The notes beneath the pieces are model-generated. The model was not told the origin of the DNA, did not search any database, and saw nothing but the letters and a program-made list of their open reading frames with translations. A stretch of DNA of 64,000 nucleotides from NCBI RefSeq assembly GCF_009834535.1, contig NC_045696.1, forward strand, positions 79,424,001 through 79,488,000, in the 5' to 3' direction. The position numbers and the translations under genes are program-made. The stretch is from Camelus ferus. Taxonomy: Eukaryota. Of this stretch, positions 54,001 through 64,000 are shown piece after piece (position 1 is the first letter of the stretch; every line of letters begins with the position of its first letter).

Positions 54001-54665
54001 ATGTCCTCTTCCCTCTTCCATTCTTTTGTGGATTAAAATTTCTAAAGGAATTTGTTTGGTAACCAGGACTGTCCCTTAAGCAAATTAGTCTAATGATGGG
54101 TATGAATGAGAAGCTTTGGTAGAAGCCTGCCTTAGGTCATAGACTTTAAATGGACAGAATGTCTAAAACAATTTGCTTTCCAATAATACAAACTATTTAT
54201 TAATAGGGAGTTTGACATAAATTATTTAAATATTAAATTTCAAATTGAGTTTTAATTGTATTTAATCAGATTTTGACATCTAGTATGTTGCTCTATCTTC
54301 TAGTGCAGTTTGGAAATCAAGGCCCCTTTGTTTTTGATTTACTCACCAATATGAGCACTATTTAATTAATATTTATCAAAAAGTATTTCTTATTGACAAA
54401 AGTCAATTACAAAGAATTTTGGGTAATAGAGTACTTTTTAAAAAAGCTTCAAAATTAATCTAAATCTGAAACAAATCCATCAAAATACAACTAAACATCA
54501 ATCTTCCTTTTGGCTGCATACATTTCACATGAAATTTTATGATATAATGCCAATATTCTTTTCCTCTTTTTTGACTCCTAATATTGACAAATTTTTTAAA
54601 AAAGCTTCCTCTATCCTCTCTTTCCCCAAATACATCAGGAAGTAGACCAGGAAGCAATATAACAA

Positions 54666-54700
<35 letters not shown>

Positions 54701-54740
54701 CAACAGCAGCAGCAGCAGCAACAACAACAATAGCAATAAC
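54666..54740. repeat. Compound trinucleotide repeat (AAT)n-(CAA)n-(CAG)n-(CAA)n
   Basis: Directly visible. Confidence 0.95.
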
Positions 54741-57700
54741 AGAAAAAAGAATAAATTCTCAATATAGCCTAAGTCCTTCCTTCTCTCATTTTCTTTCTCT
54801 CTCCCCTTCTACTTCTCTTGTTTTTAATACACATGTAATACAATATATATAATGTTAAGTGTATACTTTATTAAATATATTTTGCTACATTAAATTTAAA
54901 TTGGGCCTTCCTAGCATGGAGAGATGTGCTCAGGATTTGCTATCAGAATGATCCAGGTTCAATTCCTGGGTTCACTGTAAGTGACATTATTCCAGCTGAG
55001 TTTCTCTTTCTTCATCTGCAGTACTGAAATGGCTACATTGGTGGAAAGACAGAATTATTGATTTTTCCTCAGTCTTTCCTCTATTCACTGTGGAAAGAGA
55101 AAGATCTCTTAACCTAACACATGTCTAAGTTTTGTCACTGGGAATGATTAATAAGAGAAAAGTTTGTTGATTTTGTAAATGCTCTATTAAAATAACATCA
55201 CCAACAATAAAAAACCAAACACCTAAACCTACTCTCCAGAGCTTTGTAAAAAATGTAGTATGAACAGCAGATATTTTATTTCATATATAGTATCTCAACT
55301 TAATACATACTTGTAGAGGGAATGAATAACTCAAGGAAACATCTTGAGATACAAGATTACCATCACTTACCAATGAACAATGCTTAGTAATATTAATTTT
55401 TATTTTAATAAAAGTCATTCTGATACATCTTGAAAGCTATGGAGAAAACTGTCCAGTACATAGACTTTTATCTCACTTCTTGGTCAGGGAACTTGAGCCA
55501 AGAACAGTGTGATATAAGAAGGTGGGTATTTCCATTAAATAACCAGATCCTTCATGCCAAGACTATCTTTAATATAAAATATTCTTGTACACAGAAACAC
55601 CTTTCGGTATAGGTGGTATTTTCCTTAAAAATATCAATCATGTATATGATGACTGTACTTTAAGTATTAAGTACTCTGGCATGTCTAATTTTATTTGACA
55701 TATGAAATAAAAACCTTTTGAAACAAGAAGGCAGATAATATTTGTCCTTTTTTATGATTGAAGAAAGGTAGTTTAGTCTTTAAGCTTTCAAAATATTTTT
55801 GGTGGAGGTAAGTTTAAACAAAAATGACATGAAATGGTAAGGCCAATATCTCAGGTAAAAACAGAACTGATGTAGTGGAAGAAAAGCTGCAGGGGACCAA
55901 GAGCCCTGCCCACTACACTGCTCCACCCCCCAGGAGGGCAATTTGGAGCACCACTGGAAAACCACTTGCTCCCTTCACAGATGAGGACATGAAGTAATCA
56001 AGTGATTTGTCCAAAAGCTCATTCAGTTAGTGACTTCATGCCTCTTGACTCCTAATCAAATTCCCTCTTCCCTATGGTGTAATGTCTTCTAGATCACGTG
56101 GGTGTTGATAGCCTCAGCTACCACCTTTAGATCAGTCACCCGTCCTCCTATCCAGGCATCGCACCTGCTGTACACTGCTTCTCTAGGCATGCTGAGCTAC
56201 TGATGGTTTTCAAATCCACCATGCCCTTTCTTAAGCAACTGACTTCTTCTTTTGTCTGGAAAGTTCTCTCTTTGAAAGCCCTCTTTCCTAAACAATTCAC
56301 CTTTCTTACCTGTACAAATCCATCAAATCTTACTTTAGTTAGCACTAGAGACTATGGCCACCCACCCCCATCCCACCTCTCACTGGTCCTGCTCCCAAAC
56401 TGGGTTAGGGATAAATTTGAGTCCACCTTTGCTTCTCCTTTTCTCTTACCACACTTGCACTTGTACTAATTCCTCTTTGAGGGAGAGAATCTTGTCTTTT
56501 TCTACCTGTATTCACCAACACTTTGAACCCATTCAATGTCACAATAAAAATTTTGTTGGAAAAAAAGAAATGCAAGAATAAATACAAGCTATTTTCTAAG
56601 TAACTTTTTTATGAAAAGCATGAATTTGGGACAATGTGGTATACTTCCCTGGAAGTGGGTCTCACTTGAACTTGCTGCAGATGCTGCTGATACTGCCAGA
56701 AAATAGAGCAGCCATGATCCTCAGCAGCTCCTAATTCACAGCTCTAAAACTTTCCATTACCATGAGAGAAAAAGCTTGCCAGATACCGATACTAAACAGT
56801 CTAAACTTTTATTCATAAATTTGAACAGAAAATCAGAAACGACAAGCGTTTGAGGAAAATCAATAGCATTAAAAAAGAAGAAGAAAAAGAAGAGATAAAT
56901 AAATAGGAAAAAAAATAAAGAAGGAAAACCATTGTGGGGAAACATATTTAAGGAAACAGAGGAATTTTTTTTTCATTTAACCTGTTACTCTTAATGAGAT
57001 TCAAGGGACTACCGTTTTAAGAAAACAAAAATAGGCTTCTCTGAAAATATACCCATAAGAGAATGAAGAGCTTTTATAGAATTTAAATATTGAAATGAAG
57101 TAACCAAATGCACATAGCTACAGATTAAGCAGATTAAGTCATAAACTGAAAGTTGAAGTGAAAACCTCCCTTTTAAGAACTAATACATAATAGATTGTGA
57201 AGAAACATTTACATGAAGGGTCATAATCCCAGGTTTTCCCCCCCTTTTTTTTTTTTTTACTTCTTTTGCTTTTAAGGTAAACAATATAATAATTTTACTA
57301 AAATTGTGTCTAATAAAACATATTTTCAATAGTACACAAAGTCCTCACAAAACTGATAGGATAAGCTAGTAAATTATTAGTGTAAAATCCTTTTGGAGAG
57401 TAATTTTACTGCACTTTTTAAGACCCATAACATTTGTATTGTATTTTTGCATTTTTCACCTCAGGCAAAAGTACTGAGAAAATGAACACAGAGTGGTGAA
57501 GAAATAAGTCCTGGAAACTCTTTTTTCTTCTGAAGCTATCTCCATTTCCCAAATTTATTTTTTTATTTTTTATTATTGTTGTTGTTGTTTCATAGTTTTG
57601 ATTTTTCTTGAATATCCCAAATTGTTATCTGTCATTAGTTTAATTTAACTTCAGGATTTTTATGCTCAACAGATTTCTTTATTAAGAAGTAAAATATTTC

Positions 57701-60700
57701 CCCTTTCTTCTACAGGTGTTTGCTAGAGTAAACTTAGCACAGTAATTTAATTATCTCTTCTTTAGAAATTTAATCTAAAGAAGTAACCCCAAAGAAAGAA
57801 AATTTATTAATGGAAAGATGTTCCTTTGCAATATAACTTATAACAGTAAAATAAGCAAAAATCAAAATATCCAGAATAATTGGAATATTTAAGTAAAATA
57901 TGGTAATATGCTTGACAAGTATTACTAGGAAACTATGTAGCAACGTGGGGAAAAATGTTCAAGATACAATGTAAGCGAGGGAAACAGTATTCAAAATTAA
58001 ATTTGTGCTCTGATTTCAATTATAATTTAATCACAAACATTTGAATTTGAAACATTTTCAAGATAAAAAAATTTGATTTATTTGAATGGGATTTACCTTA
58101 TTTTTACATATTTTAATAAACCTAGAACACTAAATTTTGAAAAGAAAAAAGCAACAGAATTTTCTATTCTCCCATCAATATCTCAAACTTACAAAGATTA
58201 AGAGTGCCCCTAAAAGCAAAAGAATTGATTCAGTTTAGAATAGTAAAATGCAGTCATACCCTCAACCCTGATATTAAATAAGGGTTCTGAAATTGATAAA
58301 TCTGCCTTTTCTAATTCATCCTATTTTATAGGTGACCACTTTTAAAGTAATGATAGAAACTTACATGTTTACCACACTATGGTTTTCAGAATTTACACAC
58401 ACACAAACACACACACGCAGACAATTATTCAATTCTCTTAAACACAAAGCAAGGTTAGCGTGGGTAAGAGGAATAGGAATTATAAGTATTATCATCTTTT
58501 TTAACAGATAAAGATAAATGGGTTGAGTGAATTTCCTAAGGTTCTACAGGGGCACAGAGTGAAACTCATTGCAACCTTTTCTTCTACCTCATGACACTAT
58601 ATGACATTAGAATAATTCCGTATGCATTTAACTTACAAAGGATCTCTTTTTTCAGCTTTCAAAATGTAGGAAAATTTTAATTCTTTACATTTCATTTGTT
58701 CATTCCTTTTTAAGCAACAAAATTTTGAAGACACACTATGTACCAGGAGGTCCACCAAGCCCTAGAGTTAAAGAGATGTCTATGCAACAGTTGATCCTTA
58801 AAGGATTTGCAGTCTAGGGATGGAGACCCACAAGTAAATACAGAGGTTTTGGTCAAATTGATAAGTGCTGCGGTGAGGCTGTCCACCGCACCCAGACAGG
58901 AAAATATTTTATCATGTATGTGATGGGGATATAGAGAAAGTTGGGGGAAAATACTTCCGAAAGGCTAAGTGTGGAAGTCGAGTGGCAGTTAATGAGATAT
59001 AAAATAGGGCAGAGGGTGATACTATTTTAGAAAATAAGTTCTTTTCCCAAATTTAAGGGTTACAGAACTTTGTTAATGGTTGTCACTAAAGAATCCAATT
59101 TTGCAAGCATTATTTAATTCCCAAATAATTTAGTCTTGATTTGCATATGGTTTACTCAATTGTACACGTTTTGGTGACCTACTAACCCATATCATTAACT
59201 AATTTGTCTGAATGCTGTTGAAGTTGAGGTGAGGGAAGGTCGGCAACAATGCCTAACAATTAAAAGCCTAGGGGAGAAGCTAGAGTCCGTAGCTTCAATC
59301 TCCATCCTGAAGCTATTTCCCATTGAAATCATGACGCAGAAAGCGGATCAGTTAACCCATTTAATAACAAGATACACTGATGGATACTTTCAAGTTCTCT
59401 CTGGACTAATTTGAAATAATAAAGCACTATTGTGTGACAACTGCCTGACATCAGCCACTCTCAGTGCCATTAATTATAGGCTTAGGTCTCTCCATTATAC
59501 CTCACTCTTCATGGTCCATTCTTTACATAAACCCACTACTCTCAGCCCCTCTTCTTTCTCTATGAATAATTCTGTTTGCTTTGAGTTTGAAGAGGATGAA
59601 CATAGTGAGGGATTAATTCTCTATTCACAATTAATGGAAAAGATCAGTTTAATTCACTGAATTCTAATATGCATAAAACAGCTTTAATTGGCATTGTTTT
59701 CTTTCATTCAAAGGAAATGCTCTTCAATACATACACCCATAGTCTTAATAAAAGTCTCACTACAACATCTGCTCCATCTTCACTCCAATTAATTCTGCTG
59801 AATTTAAAATTGTCAAGTTTGTTAAAATTGTCTTTCTGTCAAAGCACCTTGGCAGCGGTATGAATCAGATTATCTTTATGCGATGGTACACGTAACTTGG
59901 AATTTGGAGAGTCATGTCTCAAAATCATGTTTCTGGAACTGCTCCTCCTTTCTCTGCAGTGACAGTAAAATTTCCCTCCTTTTCCCTGTGCAAACGGAAA
60001 AATAAACCTATCCCTCTGACCTGACTATGTTTCTTCCACCATCTTTTAGTACCTACCCTTCCCCAGGCCCATCATAATTGTTAGAAGGCTCCAGCTTTCT
60101 AAATGCATTCTAGCTCTTTTCCTGGCTTCAGGGAAGCAGAACAAGTGGGAATTCAGCAGCCCAGGTGGTGAGATTTATTAGTTTGGAAAATATAATTTCG
60201 CTGCTCCACTTCCAAATCCCAGTCACTTTCAGGCAGCCTGTCCTCCCACTTCCACGCCGCACCAACGCGGAAGATTCGCTCTCGCCTTCGCGCCCGCCTC
60301 ACCCTCCACCTGTAAGGCAGCCGGCAGCCTATCTTCCTCTATTCAGTCTACTAGGGGGGCCTCGAGTGGACTACTCTCTTGTATTCTTCAACTGGCTGCC
60401 TGCCCTCTTCCACACCCTCACAGGGCCCACCTTCCCCATCTCCCAGGACTGAGATCAAATGGTCCTCTGCTGACCTCCCCACCTTACACTGATTGTAACC
60501 CAGCATGACATCCCCTCCAACTTTGCCCTGCACTCCTGTGTCCCTCATCCTCATCACCCTGGGCTGGGTTTCCCTTTTGGCAGGATGTTTGCGACCATAA
60601 TTCTCCCTACCCAACACCTGACCCCAGCTTTTCCTAGACTGTCAGCTCTATGAAGACAGGACATTTTGCTTTTCACTATATTCCCAGTATCCTGAAAACA

Positions 60701-60819
60701 GAGGTGATTAATACCTATTAAATGAATGAAAGATTTTCCTCATTAATTCCTGTGAGCTTTCTGAACTCTTCATTTGTAACCCTGGTAAACATGATAAATG
60801 AATTTAAACAATAGCAGTT

Positions 60820-61215
60820 TATTCAAAAAAGATAGGTTAGGCTGAAATAACAACTTTAAAATCCCTGTTATTTATAACAATAAAGATTGACTTCTTGTGC
60901 ATGCTGCGTCCAACATGATTCAGTAGAGATTCCGGTCCTCATAGTCACTGAAGAGTTTAGAGAATAAGGGTTAAACCATCTTATGATACTGCTATCTCTT
61001 CATGAGCTCAGAATTCATGAAGGAGAAGAAAGCATGGATAATTGCACATTGGCTCTTAGATGGACAAACAGTGTATCTATTAACAGCTTCTCAAATGGCC
61101 AAAGTAATTTATGCGGTGACAATCAAACTTCAAGAAGGCACGGAAGTTTAATCTCATGGCCCTGAATGGAGAAGAGAACTGAAAATGCTGATGAGGACTA
61201 GTCACATTTCACACA
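60820..61215 (-). mobile_element. Old MaLR LTR (MLT1J/K/L-like), antisense
   Basis: gataggttaggctgaaataacaac...ataacaataaagattgacttcttgtgcatgctgcgtcca resembles the antisense 3' end of MLT1. Confidence 0.5.
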
Positions 61216-61479
61216 ATTAGTAACAAAGGGCGATATCCTTAAACATTCATTTCTCAGTAGGACCACCATAGTTCTGTGTAATGTCTTTCTACTAGAACAA
61301 GGAGGACGAATAGAAATCTGCATTCTTCATTATTAATCCTAAATCCCTATATTTTCCCTTTACTCAGGTTTATAAAGAGCATAGAGAGAAACTGCAGAGA
61401 TATTTAACAGAAATTATGTTTACAACAGGTGGAAGGTGTTTGAAGAAATAAACTTCTTTTGGGGAGAAAAACATTCTAC

Positions 61480-61990
61480 ACGGATGGAATAGCAAGTTTC
61501 TGGTGTGCCTGGTATGTTTGTTCATGGAGCAGGAATGAGATCAGCGCGGCTGGAGCAGAGACAAAGAGGAAAGAGACCGAAGGTAAGTCAGACAGGTAAT
61601 GAGGACCAGATCACAAAGGATCTTATTTGCCATTGTATGGATTTTGGCTATTATGCTGGAAGAAATGGGACCCCCTTGCAGGATGTTGAGCATAGGAGTG
61701 GAAGAATAAGTTTAATTTTGTAAAAAATTAGTCTGTTGCTATATTAATTTTGTAAAAAATTAGTCTGTCGCTAAGTGGATGTAGAAGGGTAAGGGTGGAA
61801 ACAGGAAGACCAGTGAGAAGCCAATTGCAGAAATTCGAATGGGAGAGACCGATAACCCGGGGAACGGGGAAATGGAGGTGATGAGAAAGGCGTGGGATTC
61901 TCATTTATTTCGAAGGTAGATCCAAGATTTCCTGAATATATGAGGATGGGGAAGAAAGAAATTACTCAAGGATGACTCTAAGGTCTGTGA
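61480..61990 (-). mobile_element. L2 fragment, antisense (continues at about 62660-62960)
   Basis: ggctggagcagag...gaccagatcacaaaggatctt...ggaaacaggaagaccagtgagaagcc...caaggatgactctaagg. Confidence 0.7.
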
Positions 61991-64000
61991 CCTTGTGGCA
62001 TAACATCATCACATTTTCAAAGATCTCAGTAAAGTATAGATCTGAGAGCAAAGAGATACAAACAGACTGGAGAGAAAAAGGAGCCCTGGGAACGCCAGAG
62101 GCTCTGAATTGGACTAAGCTGTTGCTTTTCTTATCTTGTCAGTAATATAATTTTACTACTTGATGTAAATAAACGTCTCTTGATAGGAGATAAATTTAAA
62201 TCACCCCTTGGCTTTTGGTGCACATTTACCTACATTTAACTTCCCTTAGCTTTTCCTACAGATGTACTTGTTATTTCTGAATTTCTCATGCAGTAGGTTT
62301 TCAGGTGAGTTTGGTGTACGTCTACAAGGTACCGTTGATGTTTTTTCAACCAGCAAATGCACGTAAATTGTCAATGATCCCATGTTGTTTTCGAATTTTT
62401 ATCTAACAGTGATTCACTCTGGGCAGACGCACTGTGTTCTCACAGCACAGTGTTTGATGACTGCAAAGCTGCAGGCCTGTGCTGGGGCCAGCTCGTGTCC
62501 TCAGATAACCCAGACTGGAAGCAGGCTTCGCTACCAGTGCAACACATCACACTGCAAGCCTGAGTGACTGGAACTGTGGAATCCCCACTATCTCAGGTGG
62601 CGAGCGCTGCAGGTGGAATAGGCTTTTTGTTTTTGTTTTTGTTTTTGGAGGATGTGAAGAGATAAAGGTTGGAGCTTTGGATATTTTAGGTAAAGTTTAT
62701 TAGGCATCTTGACGGCATGTCCAGTAGGCAGTACTGACTTGTGTCTCTATATAGAAATCTGGAATTCAGAAGAACTTCCTGGAATAGAGATGCAGCTTTG
62801 AAAAACTATGGCACATGGATGCTATTTTCAGTCATGAGACTGAACGAAATAGGAGTGAGTGTAAACACAGGATGAGAACCAATAACCGAACCTCAAAGCA
62901 CTCCAGTGTTAAAATGTCTAGGTGAAGCGGAGTAACCAGCAAAGGAGACCAAGGAGTGACGAGTGAAGACCACTTCTGGGCAGATTAAATAAGATGACAT
63001 ATATAAATGCATTTTGTAAACTTTAAGTTGCTATAGAAATTTTAGTTATGCCTATCTTTAGCAGTTGAACTAAGTCCACTTAACGGCATTCCCCACTGCC
63101 AAGACACATATTCACGCACACATATACACATCTGATCCCGGTCCACTTCTCTAGGATTATCTCCAGCTGCACCCTCTCCATATACACTAGCATCTGGTCA
63201 AATTGCATGCCTTTCACTCTTTGAGCACACCTCTTAATGGCTCGCCTTTATTTCGTGGCTCATATTCTTTTTGCTGCCTGAAATGTCATCACCCTTCCCC
63301 TTCTCTGAAAAGTCCAACTGTGCTGATTTTCCATGGCCCAACTTCTTCAGTCCTTTTGCCACACCACTTTAAAAAACTAGACCATTAAAGCATTTTCCTA
63401 TGATGTTTTATAGCCCTCAGCAGATGATATCTTTTATTCTATTTTTTAATGTACATGTTTCATCTCTCCTACTAAATAGTTTAATTCTTTACAGATAGAA
63501 TGTCTCAAGTAATCTCTATTTTTTACAACTTATAATTTAATGCTTAATATGTCATATGAACTCAATGAATTATTTAATAATCCAATGAGTCAGTTAATGA
63601 GTAAAGTAATAAATATGTTTATTTTGAACAATGTCTTACTTCCTTTGCAGAGAAAAGTCTTCAACTAATATTATCTTATGAGGTAGCACTTGGTCTCTTT
63701 TTAATTAATTTTATATTATTGCCAAACACATTTAATGCCTGCTATTGTGTTTTCTAAATTGAAAGTAGAAGCGCCTATGCTGTTTGTGGCCCTCAGGGCA
63801 TCTTGGTGTTAAGAGTTGTGTCCACAACCGTAAGGACCTATACCCTGTTTCTGCCAGAAGATAATAAACCTTTTGGGTGGAGTTTTGAGCTAGGGTCCAG
63901 GGGGCAATGAGATTTGAAAACAAAGAGCAGGAAAACATTGAAGGGAAAAATGCAGATCTTAGACGTCAACATCACAATCATACAAGCAACCAACGTACAC

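Noticed and set aside
54460..54762. ORF with poly-Cys/poly-Tyr
   Set aside because: Translation artefact of the trinucleotide repeat.
1..64000. CRISPR array, operon or other novel multi-gene system
   Set aside because: No repeat-spacer array or gene cluster is present. The window is mammalian intronic DNA with two coding exons of one known gene.

Overview
Mammalian genomic DNA: AT-rich, CpG-depleted and repeat-dense, with one 100-N gap. It is probably from a camelid, judged from a Vic-1-type tRNA-derived SINE and camelid-type L1 3' ends. The window lies within the neuroligin-1 (NLGN1) locus, transcribed on the minus strand. It contains the first coding exon (27832-27020; 320 nt 5'UTR plus 493 nt CDS) and the 60-nt alternatively spliced A1 insert exon (26580-26521), which the ORF track misses. 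A CpG-rich candidate alternative promoter/first-exon region lies at about 43.8-45.4 kb. The rest is intronic and filled with L1, L2, MIR, MaLR/ERVL LTRs, DNA-transposon fossils and microsatellites. I found no new multi-gene system. The best second-look items are regulatory: an RBFOX motif cluster upstream of exon A1, eight uAUGs including an overlapping uORF, an RTE-X/L4-like fossil with antisense splice signals, a possible retroposed 3'UTR fragment and a triple-nested TE. Repeat subfamily names come from recalled consensus sequences, not from a search.
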